A stretch of DNA of 63,073 nt, filler included, from Craspedostauros australis (Eukaryota), in NCBI GenBank assembly GCA_030167865.1. It is 11 parts of 11 records of this genome, joined end to end, with 100 filler letters (N's around TTAATTAATTAA, not from the genome) between each part and the next. Parts side by side here need not be neighbours in the genome. Positions count along the whole stretch, not along the records: positions 34,977 to 53,253 come from JALAGF010005878.1; positions 53,354 to 58,266 come from JALAGF010005879.1; positions 58,367 to 60,254 come from JALAGF010005884.1; positions 60,355 to 63,073 come from JALAGF010005886.1; 7 more parts are not named here. One strand, given 5' to 3'. The notes beneath the pieces are model-generated. The model made no database searches. It worked only from the letters and a program-made list of their open reading frames with translations, and was not told where the DNA came from. Shown here piece by piece: positions 49,594-60,735 of this stretch; within the stretch, counting starts at the first letter, position 1; each line of letters begins with the position of its first letter. The position numbers and the translations under genes are program-made.

Positions 49594-50507
49594 GCTTGTT
49601 GTGGGCGAGAGATCGATGCAGGGGATCACAGTCAATCTCCTGTTGATGGGACAACTGATTCTGGCTCACACAGGTGACGCAATTGGTCTGTCTTTGCTTG
49701 TTGTGGGCGATAGATCAATGCAGGGGATCACAATCGATTTCCTGTTGATGGGGCAAGTGATTCCAGCTCACACAGGCAATGCAATTGGTCTGTTGTTTGC
49801 TTGTTGTGGGTGAGAGATCAATGCAGGGGATCACAGTCAGTCTCCTGTTGATGGGGCAAATGATTCCGGCTCACACAGGTGATGCAATTGGTCTTTTGTT
49901 TGCTTGTTGCGGGCGAGAGATCAATGCAGGGGGATCACAGCCAATCTCCTGTTGATGGGACAACTGATTCTGGCTCACACAGGTGATGCAATTGGTCTGT
50001 CTTTGCTTGTTGTGGGCGAGAGATCGATGCAGGGGATCACAATCAATCTCCTGTTGATGGGGCAACTGATTCTGGCTCACACAGGTGATGCAATTGGTCT
50101 GTTGTTTGCTTGTTGAGTTTGAAAGATCGATGCAGGGGATCACAGTCAGTCTCCTGTTGATGGGGCAAGTGATTCCAGCTCACACAGGTGATACAATTGG
50201 TCTATCTTTTGCTTGTTGCGGGCGAGAGATCAATGCAGGGGATCACAATCAATCTCCTGTTGATGGGACAACTGATTCCAGCTCGCAAGGGTGATGCAAT
50301 TGGTCTGTTGTTTGCTTGTTGCGGGCGAGAGATCAATGCAGGGGATCACAAACAATCTCCTGTTGATGGGACAACTGTTCTGGCTCACAAGGGTATTGCA
50401 ATTGGTCTGTTGTTTGCTTGTTGCGGGCGATGGATCGATGCAGGGGATCACAATCAATCTCCTGTTGATGGGGCAAGTGATTCCGGCTTGCAAGGGCGTT
50501 GCAATTG
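49594..50507. repeat. Nine tandem copies of a 102-103-bp unit
   Basis: GCTTGTTG...AGATC starts at 49594, 49696, 49799, 49902, 50005, 50108, 50211, 50314 and 50416. Confidence 0.96.
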
Positions 50508-50760
50508 GGCTGTCAGAGTGCAGAATGCTGGTGAGTTTTGTATTGGTGCAAGTTGGTGTGGTGTAGAACTTATGAGCATGAGAGTTGTGATGATCCCCAT
50601 GAATTGGATATCTGTGGCAAGTGAGGGAAGGGGGAGGAAGGTGGCAGTTCTGGTTCTTCATTGTTTAAAATTCCATAGCATGAGTGCGTCAACCTGCAAA
50701 ATCTGGCACAGGATGCAGAACAATCGTGCTTGATGCAGCAGTGTGTGGATCAATGGCAAT

Positions 50761-51768
50761 TGACCAAGCATGATGTTGATCATTGACACCTGCTCATGTA
50801 GGAATCAGTACAATTGTCGTTGATCAAGTAGGACACGGATGAATTGTACCTGGCCAAGTAGCATGCAGATGAATTCCACTTCACCAAACAGGACGTCAAT
50901 CAACTACACCTGCTCAAGTAGGAATCAGTAGAGTCGTGCGTGATCAAGCAGGACACGGATGAATTGTACCTGGCCAGGTAGCATGCAGATGAATTCCACT
51001 TCACCAAACAGGACGTCAATCAACTACACCTGCTCAAGTAGGAATCAGTAGAGTCGTGCGTGATCAAGCAGGACACGGATGAATTGTACCTGGCCAGGTA
51101 GCATGCAGATGAATTCCACTTCACCAAACAGGACGTCAATCAACTACACCTGCTCAAGTAGGAATCAGTAGAGTCGTGCGTGATCAAGCAGGACACGGAT
51201 GAATTGTACCTGGCCAGGTAGCATGCAGATGAATTGCACTTCACCAAACAGGATGTCAATCAACTACACCCGCTCAAGTGGGAATTGGTACAATCGTGCG
51301 TGATCAAGTAGGGCGCGGATGAATTCTACTTCACCAAACAAGATGTCAACCAACTACACCCGCTCAAGTAGGAATCAGTCCAATCGTGCGTGATCAAGTG
51401 GGACACGGATGAATTGTACCTGGCCAAGTAGCATGCAGATGAATTGCACTTCACCAAACAGGACGTCAATCAACTACACCAACTCAAGTGGGAATCAGTA
51501 CAATCGTCGTTGATAACGTACCACAGAGATGAATTCTACTTCACCAAAACATGATGTCAATCAACTACACCTGCTCAAGTAGGAATCAGTCCAATCGTGC
51601 GTGATCAAGTGGGACACGGATGAATTGTACCTGGCAAGGTAGCATGCAGATGAATTGCACTTCACCAAACAGGACGTCAATCAACTACACCAACTCAAGT
51701 AGGAATCAGTCTAATCGTGCTTGATCAAGTATCACGCAGATGAATTCCACTTCACCAAACAGGATGTG
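50761..51768. repeat. Higher-order repeat: ~33 30-bp monomers arranged as 120-bp (ABCD) and 90-bp units
   Basis: Monomers TGATCAAGTAGGACACGGATGAATTGTACC, TGGCCAAGTAGCATGCAGATGAATTCCACT, TCACCAAACAGGACGTCAATCAACTACACC, TGCTCAAGTAGGAATCAGTAGAGTCGTGCG. Confidence 0.96.
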
Positions 51769-53553
51769 GAACCGGATGCATCCGAGTGTGGCCGCGGCCT
51801 AGTTGATCAGTTTTTGCCTTCGGACGATTCTCCTTCGTGTCATGGAAAAAAAACTCACAATCACCCGCGAACCACACCCATGTCGATCGATGATCGCCAA
51901 CGCGAAGTGCTCACGCTCGCTATTTCTGCTTTGGAACTGCGTGGCGAAGCATGTTCGCTTCGCCGGTTCTCCATTGTCTTGCAGTGACGTGACGTGACGT
52001 AACGTGACATGGCGATTTCTTGATCGCGTAAGGGGTAACGGGTAACGGGTAACGGCACCCACAACACAGCGCCAACTGATCGAGGCAGCACAAAATGTGT
52101 CATCATGTTGATCCACGCACGTCTCCAACACACACAGAGCCCATCATCATTTTTATTGTGTTGTGAACATTGCTGTATCGGAATAGACCACCACGCTTCA
52201 CACACGCAAAGCACATCATCGTATTCGCGACCCTCCAATTGGTTTGTTCATGCGAATTCGCGTCGCCACACGCACATTTTTCCCGCCAAACATGCATTTT
52301 CAGCACAGCTGATGCACAACAACGTGCAAACAAGGATGTTCCGCAGCATTTATACTAAATCCGACCACACCATCGTGACCGCGACCTCCCACTCAGTCTC
52401 ATTGCACTAACACGCGTAATTTGCAGTTCATATCCAGAATACGACGGGCTGTTTTTGTTGATTGGTGTGCAAAAATGCATTAAAAGCCATGTTCTCGATG
52501 TGTCAGCACAAATCTGATTGCCTCGTAGTGACTGCCACCTCTCAATTGGTCTATCATGTCAACGAGCGCAATTAACAACCCATTTTACAAAATACTGGTA
52601 TGCATATTGACACTACATTTTTGACTATAACTCAAGACTGAGACATATTCAGGGCATGGCGATATCGGCACTGAGGTCGTGGTGGTCGTTTTAGTCGGTT
52701 GGGTGTATTACATACGAAATATCACGCAAAGTAAATATGCGCCCATTCCAGTACTGCTCGGTACCGTCAACGACGTGGCCACAGTTTGGAGCGATGAATG
52801 AACTTCTCACACGGTTCCACGCTCGTGGTGTCCCACACGACAATGATTTGATTGTTGTCGATCGGGCATGCCAATGATGTTGCATGGTCGTTGTCATTGC
52901 AATCAAATCAGCCAAATCAACCAAATCAATGCGAAACAAGCGTGCACAAGCGTGCACAACCACCGTCGAGACGGATCTCCTTCTCGTGTCGTCGCGTGGT
53001 GGTGTGCGAAACAGGCGCGTAATCACGATGTTCCACAAGATCGCTTGTTCTGAGCGGGGCGGCTGGCATCATACGAGGTCGTGCACGAGTGAGACGGCAG
53101 AACACGCAACGACATGCCAACTGTGACAACGTTCGTCGCGGATCAGAAAATGTTGATTTTGTGCACACACACAATTTCCCTTTGTGTGTTGTGTTGTGTT
53201 GCGACGGCCAAAAATCACTTCTCCGATTTGAGTTTATTTTGTGTGATGTGATGNNNNNNNNNNNNNNNNNNNNNNNNNNNNNNNNNNNNNNNNNNNNTTA
53301 ATTAATTAANNNNNNNNNNNNNNNNNNNNNNNNNNNNNNNNNNNNNNNNNNNNTGGACTTTTAGTCCATTGAATCAATCGCCGTGTCTCTCTCTCTGATG
53401 GATCCGTTGATTGATTGTTCGGTGGCATCAAGATACCAAAGCACACCATGTCCCCGCGCGTATTGTGCCACTCCGATTGGCAAAGTTCCAGGCTTCAAGC
53501 ACACATCACACCACTCGAAGCGCCGAAGAACTGTATCGATCGGAGTGGTATCG

Positions 53554-53607
53554 TGGTCGACTCCCCCAAGACCATCACAGAGGGATGTGCCTACTCAGAT
53601 AACACGG
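53554..53607 (+). repeat. Dispersed repeat, second copy at 58214-58266
   Basis: GACTCCCCCAAGACCATCACAGAGGGATGTG is identical in both. Confidence 0.8.
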
Positions 53608-54043
53608 TCTATGGTATCACATGAAGAGGCACAACTGCACAGCGTGGACAAGTTGGGCACGATCGAAAGTCGTATCGTGCGAGCGAGCGAGCCAGCCAGC
53701 CTCGGATCATAATGTGGCTGTCCACGGTCGTATCACACCACACCATACCATACCACGCCATACCATACACAGTGGTGGAACTGCGCAAGTCCATGAAGGT
53801 GTGTTGACTGACGACACGTTGCTTCGTGATCCATGCACAAGATCATGGAATGGAGGACAGCAATCTTGAGCAAATGAGCTCATAATTGCCATCCAAGCGC
53901 AACTGATTTGGGACCACATACCTACTCTACATACTCTGCCTGCTCTGTCAGCTCTACTCATACGATTGTGCCACAATCAACAATAATCAGCAACAATCGG
54001 CATCAGCCGTAACAACTGCGACGACAGTGACAACAAGAAACGG

Positions 54044-55362
54044 ATGAACTGCAACATGGATGATGTCGCCAACACCAACTATGACCCTCACTTCGAGGCA
54101 TTCTGGAAACAGCTCCATGGCAAAGAGCTGTCATCGAAGACCGTGCTCAACGCGCAGTGCTCAACAGCAAAGCAGATCGACTGCTACAGTGTCACACCCA
54201 AGCGGAAGGAACACTGGGACATGGCGATCANNNNNNNNNNNNNNNNNNNNNNNNNNNNNNNNNNNNNNNNNNNNNNNNNNNNNNNNNNNNNNNNNNNNNN
54301 NNNNNNNNNNNNNNNNNACCTCGTGTTCTGCTGAGAGACAGTTCTGACAGGGGCGACGGGCAGATGCGCATTGGATCCCTGTATCTGGAATTCGGCACCA
54401 TCGACCAATTCGGAGAAGACAAGCGAGCGATTCGCTTCGTACTTCGATTGGCTGCTAAACACCCACTCAAAGTTCCATTCGACGAATGCATCGAATTGGA
54501 CAAGTCCTTCGTGGAGATGAAACAGCTCCANNNNNNNNNNNNNNNNNNNNNNNNNGTGGGTTTGTATTTTTGTGATCTTGTTGATTGCGACAAGCTCATG
54601 TTCAACATCTCTCAAAACTCCAAATACGTTGACTTTAATAAGTGTAAGCTCGCCAATGGGGGCGCTGATTTGTGCAGATGGCTGTCTCCAAACAACTGCG
54701 GCATCACCGGAGTATCCTTTGATAGCACCCGTATCACTTGCGATACCTTGGCAAAGCTATTCCAGTCAAACAAGCGCATCAACAAGCTCGAAATCGATTG
54801 GTCGCGGCTCTCTAACGGCCAACGAATCTACTCACAACAAGAAATCGAGCGGATCATCAAACTCCTTTCAGATGCATCACACCTGAAGAGCCTAGAGGTT
54901 TCCAATCTTTGGAACGCTCTATCGCGACAACAGCGGGGTGCATGGGTCGACATTTTGATATCGCTTCTGGGAAACAAGAGCTTGTCATGTCTCACATACT
55001 GGGAAATCAGGAAGCCCGACATGTCCACGGTTCCGCCTGAGACCCTCTCAGCACAAATGGAAGCATTTCAGCAAGCCTTGGAGCAGACTACCCAACTCAC
55101 CTATCTCCACATTCGACCACGCCCGCCTGGCAAACATGCCCCTTGGTACGATGCACTTGTTAAACGTATCTTGCGGCGGAACTATCGCAACAAGGTGAGA
55201 GCAGCGCTGGGTTCCCTTCCAACATGGTCGCGGCCGCTGGCCCTGTTTGGGAAGATGCTGATTAGGACAAGCAGACGGTGGAACATATTGGGTACATCCA
55301 ATCCCACGAACGAGACTTTCCATCTTCTGTTGCAGGGCAGTGAGATGTTGAAGCAGGCATGA
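54044..55362 (+). CDS. Hypothetical protein with RNI-like leucine-rich repeats (two N gaps)
   Basis: Long ORF with LxxLxI/V periodicity (INKLEIDWS, LKSLEVSN, LSCLTYW, LTYLHI); TGA at 55360-55362. Confidence 0.55.
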
Positions 55363-55891
55363 GATGACAAGAGAGCGGGTCGGCTCATCCAAGCTGAGAA
55401 GGATCCCACTACCCACGAGAAGAACTACCAAATACGAGATGTCGCCTGGAATAGATCAAAGCGCTTCTGCCAGAGCATCGGAAGTGATAACGGACTGATC
55501 ATACTCGTCAAAGCGACGAATCTTCCTCTTGACAGTTTGCAAAGCAAGGCGGAGTGCACCGATGATTGAGATAGTACGAGTACGTTCCATGTCACGAGTA
55601 CAATAGGATACTGTGCAGCCTTACTCCGAATAATTATAATGCGTTGGTCGAGCATGGGCGTACTCGATGCATGTGTACTCGTGCTCGTGGCACAGAGAAA
55701 GGGAGATGGTTGGTTGATCAGTTGATTGATTGGTTGATTGGGAAGTGTTCGCTTGTGATTGTGTGTTGTGGTTGGTGAGAAGTATGGAATGTCTAGATCG
55801 TATGAGTATGGCTGGTCCATCAACAACAAGCGAAAGCCGTCCACAGAACCTNTCTGCACCACANCGCGATTTCNCNCCGCNNCANNCATTC

Positions 55892-57620
55892 TCATACCCT
55901 CGGAATGGCNGCATCCAGAAAGATCTTCTTCGCAACGACTGTTTTGTCCATGGTGAAGAAGGACACATCCCGGAACTTTGCGAACGATCTCGACGAGGCC
56001 TCCAGGTACCCCAGCAGACCAACCTTGGCCATGATGCCCTAGGTGGCCGTGATGTCCATGATGGTCGTGGTGGTAGGCCATCGCTTGTCATTGTATTCTG
56101 TCTTCAGGATGTTCTTGAGGCTGTTGCCACCATTGGCTTGTCCATTGCAATGCATGGTGTACTGCTGAATGGCGTTGGCCAGACAGTAGGCATCTTGGAT
56201 GGCCTGATTGGTGCCCTGTCCAAGGAACGGGGGCATGGTGTGTGCCGCATCACCACAGACAGTCAGGATGGCGACCTTGTCTGCGCCGGTGCTTCCATTG
56301 CAGTCACGGTTGCGATTTCCGGTGGTAGCGATCATCGCCTTCGTACATCGCGCAAAGGGATTGTGGAAGTAGATCCCCAACTCGAAGAATCGATCGGCCT
56401 TGTCGACGAGTCGATCGATGATGGTCCTTGTGGCGTGCGTGGAGGTCTTGGCATCATCGATCTGCTGTCACATCTGTTGCTGGATGCGCTCGGCCTTGGA
56501 TGATNNNNNNNNNNNNNNNNNNNNNNNNNNNNNNNNNNNNNNNNNNNNNNNNNNNNNNNNNNNNNNNNNNNNNNNGATGAAGCAGCATCGGGTGGTGCCG
56601 CGCTTGATGCCGCTGCGGTAGTTACCAGCGAGGCAGTAGGTGCCGTTGCCAAAGTGTTGCTGCAGGACGGAATCATGTGCCATTGTGTTCATTCCGTCGT
56701 CGCTACCGCGGTCGCTGTTGTTGTCGCTGTTGTTGTCGCTGTCCTCTTTGGCGACATCCTGGATGACGTACCGGATGCGGATGCCAGAGTTCACAGCTGG
56801 CGAATTGCGTTGATTGTCTGATGGCGACCGCGCATCGCCGTTGATGTACTGCTTGACGACACTGTTGGCACCAACACAGCCCACCACCATATCGTACCAG
56901 TACGGCCCTTCTCTCGTTCCATCTTCAAACGCAAGATGGATGGCATCTCACGCCTCCGTCTTTTCATATTCCACATTCATCACTTGCTTTGCCAAGATGC
57001 ACGGGCGTCACCTCCACCTCCTCAAGCAGCGCCTCCTGCAACGCTCCTCGCATGATGGAGGACGGTACGCCATGACCTCGCCTTCCTCCTGGATCAGCGC
57101 TTTCGTCGTGGCGTCACTCCGCATCCATGGTCATCTGTCTGAGATTGAAGTGCAGCAGCTGGAACTCCTCGTTGGATGAGATCCAGTTGGTGGTCTTGCA
57201 TCGCACGGTCGTCAACGGCAGCGTGACATTGGCCGCCGCACGCTGCAGGGACGGATAGATCTGCTTCAGCACCGCCATGCCGCCGTTAAGCTGCACACCC
57301 GCACCTGCGACGACGTCCAATTCTGGTTTCGCATCGAAGCATGTCACGTCGAAGCATATCACATCAATGTTGTGTGCATCGTTGATGTTGTTGTTGTCGA
57401 AGGCATGCGCCAAGGAGAGACCGGCGATGCCACCGCCGATCACGGCAATCTTCCGCATTGGTTGGTGGTTCCCACTCCCACTCCCATTGCTGCTTCTGCT
57501 ACTGCTTCGCTTCTGCGTTGGAGTGAGGATGACGGGGATGGNGATNGCAGTGAGTCCGTTGCCACCAACATGCACGCAATGTAGATGGCACCAATCATCC
57601 TCTATTGATGCATCAACCAC
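55892..57620 (-). pseudogene. FAD-dependent monooxygenase (UbiH/zeaxanthin-epoxidase-like), disrupted
   Basis: KIAVIGGGIAGLSLA, GAGVQL, YDMVVGCVGANSVVK, CGDAAHTMPPFLGQGTNQAIQDAY; several frameshifts and a stop in unambiguous sequence (~56950-57120, ~56040). Confidence 0.8.
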
Positions 57621-58366
57621 GTCGTTGGTGTCATTGTTGCCAATGCTGCCGTTGCTGTGATTCTTCTGGTTGTGGCTGTCTCCGCGATTGGGCGATCAAT
57701 GAGTGAGGAACCAAGTCAACCAGCTGGCATTGTTCGAAGTCTCTGGAGAGAGTGTTGGTATACGTACTCTGTGGATAGACACTTGATGGCAACGGTGATC
57801 ATCAGTGAGTTTTGCGGTTGTGATGATCTGTATCAGTCTTCTGCAGCGATGTCTGCAACAGGAGCACCACCATGGCCATCGTCATCATCATCGCCACAGA
57901 ACGAATCCTCTCGCACACGCTCCGTGTTGATGGGAAGACTGATGGTTGATTCATTCGCCACAGAGTTCGCAATGATTGTGTGAGGCGAGATGAGTCCTGG
58001 ATACGTTTGTTGTCGATTGAAACACGAATGGTGTCACCATCGTCATCACCATCGTCACCACCATCGTCATGTTCTCGACAAAACGCTGGAAACGTCTCTG
58101 ATGTCCGCCAAAGAAGTCATCGTGGTGGATTCTCCACATCGTGGATCCGCCCATTCTGGTCGTTCCATGACATCCAACGGCCGAAGTACATAGTATGCAT
58201 TCGTATGGCATACTGGTTGACTCCCCCAAGACCATCACAGAGGGATGTGTCTATTCATATTACACGNNNNNNNNNNNNNNNNNNNNNNNNNNNNNNNNNN
58301 NNNNNNNNNNTTAATTAATTAANNNNNNNNNNNNNNNNNNNNNNNNNNNNNNNNNNNNNNNNNNNN

Positions 58367-59652
58367 CCATGTTCCTCACGTAGTGATGGCGCACGTCGAT
58401 GTGCCGCGATCGTTGGGATGTTGATGGGTTCTTGGCGATGAAGATTGCTCTGATGTTGCCCACGCGGACCTTGATCGGTGTCTTCACTGGGACGCCCACA
58501 CTTTCGAGTAGCTGCACGACGAAGAAGATCTCCTTTGCCGCTTCNNNNNNNNNNNNNNNNNNNNNNNNNNNNNNNNNNNNNNNNNNNNNNNNNNNNNNNN
58601 NNNNNNNNNNNNNNNNNNNNNNNNNNNNNNNNNNNNNGATGAACCCTCCTACGCTGATTCTCGTGTTCTTGTCTCCTGCATATTCGCTATCGCAAAAGAG
58701 CTCCATGTCCCAGCCGTCGTCGTCTGGACACACTGGATGGATCTTCAATCCATAGTCCTTTGTATCGATCACATATTTGATGATCCGATACATCTCCTTC
58801 ATTGCGGCTTTGGTGGGCCCGATCAATACCTTGGAGAGTTCCCTCACAGGGTTCGCGATATCTGGTCGCGAGTGCTTGATGAGGAAGAGTAGCATACCGA
58901 CGCCTCGGCGGTATTCGGCATGTTCTTCCGGTCCAACCTTCTGCAGTCCGTTATCTTCGGACGGTCGTACGATGATTTGACCCGGGGTTCCCGGTGTCCC
59001 ATAGCGCTGCATCTTCTCTACCTTGGTTCCGAATTCTTCGATGAGATGTCGGATGAGATGTGGTTGACGCAATGTCGCTCTAGTCTTGTCATGGTTCAGT
59101 TCGNNNNNNNNNNNNNNNNNNNNNNNNNNNNNNNNNNNNNNNNNNNNNNNNNNCTCCTACGCTGATTCTCGTGTTCTTGTCTCCTGCATATTCGCTATCG
59201 CAAAAGAGCTCCATGTCCCAGCCGTCGTCGTCTGGACACACTGGATGGATCTTCAATCCATAGTCCTTTGTATCGATCACATATTTGATGATCCGATACA
59301 TCTCCTTCATTGCGGCTTTGGTGGGCCCGATCAATACCTTGGAGAGTTCCCTCACAGGGTTCGCGATATCTGGTCGCGAGTGCTTGATGAGGAAGAGTAG
59401 CATACCGATGCCTCGGCGATATTCGGCATGTTCTTCCGATCCGACCTTCTGTAGTCCGTTATCTTCGGACGGTCATACGATGATTTGACCCGGGGTTCCC
59501 GGTGTCCCATAGCGCTGCATCTTCTCAACCTTGGTTCCGAACTCTTCGATGAGATGTCGGATGAGATGTGGTTGACGCAATGTNGCTNTNGTCTTGNCAT
59601 GGTTCAGTTCGATGTTGCAGCTGAGGTAATCTCCGAGTCCGCGCTCGATGGT
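58367..59652 (-). mobile_element. Ty1/Copia pol fragment (RT C-terminus and RNase H), partly duplicated across a gap
   Basis: LGDYLSC, YRRGVGMLLFLIKHSRPDIANPVRELS, FCDSEYAGD...RISVGG, RSRHIDVRHHYVR. Confidence 0.92.
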
Positions 59653-60254
59653 TGTTGGCAAGTTCCGCTCACGGTAACTTACGATCGTGGAAGATGGTGT
59701 TGGTTGATAGTTGTCTGTTTGCTATTTCATTAGTTGGCACTCCGATGCTCTCGGTGTACGCCCGTTCTCTTGCCCGATGCTCTCGGTGCTTCAATCTGTT
59801 TCGTAGATTCGGTCTCCGACTATGAGTNNNNNNNNNNNNNNNNNNNNNNNNNNNNNNNNNNNNNNNNNNNNNNNNNNNNNNNNNNNNCTCGTCGCACACG
59901 ATACTCCGTGTTCGATACGTACTCCGTATTCGACACTCCGTTCATTCAGTACTGGCTCCTACTCCATGAGTGCTTTCCATTTGAAGTTCACCTTCAGTAT
60001 CCATGATCTTCATGGGTCATCGGATCTTCGCCTCCTGCTCTGACTTGGAGACAGATGTCGACGTGGTGACACGATGACATCCTGTCGACGTCAGTAGGTG
60101 TCCTTCTGCTCTCCAGATGTCATGTTCCATTGGTGATGCAATGAATGTTGGCAAGTTCCACTCATGGTAACCTACGATCGTGGAAGATGGTGTTGGTTGA
60201 TAGTCGTTCGTTTGCTATTTCATTACGTTGGCACTCCGATCCTCTCGGTGTCCG
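59653..60254 (+). mobile_element. LTR family A, two successive starts (59653 and 60146)
   Basis: TGTTGGCAAGTTCC...GATCGTGGAAGATGGTGTTGGTTGATAG occurs twice. Confidence 0.75.
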
Positions 60255-60354
60255 NNNNNNNNNNNNNNNNNNNNNNNNNNNNNNNNNNNNNNNNNNNNTT
60301 AATTAATTAANNNNNNNNNNNNNNNNNNNNNNNNNNNNNNNNNNNNNNNNNNNN

Positions 60355-60735
60355 GGAACGGAAAAGGTAAGAAAAGTGGAGATTTCTGATTGGTCGACGG
60401 GTGTCGCTATTGTTAGAGATTTAGCGTGCGCTAATATTACATGAGGGCTGTATTCGCTTGTACCTGATGATGGTCACGAATGCATCATTGCAGCCCCGTG
60501 TGACATGTAACTGTGTATTGGATGATTGCATTACCCTTCACAGTCATCATCATCCGATCCACACTTGTCATTCACCATTTGTCTCATGGTACCATTCGCC
60601 CTGTCATGTACCTCACATTTTGGTGTTCACAATGTCATAGTGGGAGGTGCGGTAATATAGTGTTTCATGGCACTTGTCTTCTTCACTCTTGGGAGGTGCG
60701 GCAATCATGCGTTTCATAACACCCGATTCCTGACA
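60355..60735 (+). mobile_element. LTR family B, 3' part
   Basis: TGGGAGGTGCGG repeats and end ACACCCGATTCCTGACA, as at 24156. Confidence 0.65.

Noticed and set aside
50820..51720. Genome-wide TAG=Gln recoding
   Set aside because: The long genes in the window read through without needing TAG reassignment; the pattern is local to the array.
49594..51768. CRISPR-like arrays
   Set aside because: Units repeat along their full length with no unique spacers, there are no cas genes, and the context is eukaryotic.
36957..52347. Inverted 11-mer TGCGGAACATC/GATGTTCCGCA as TIRs of the YR element
   Set aside because: Too short; expected by chance over this span.
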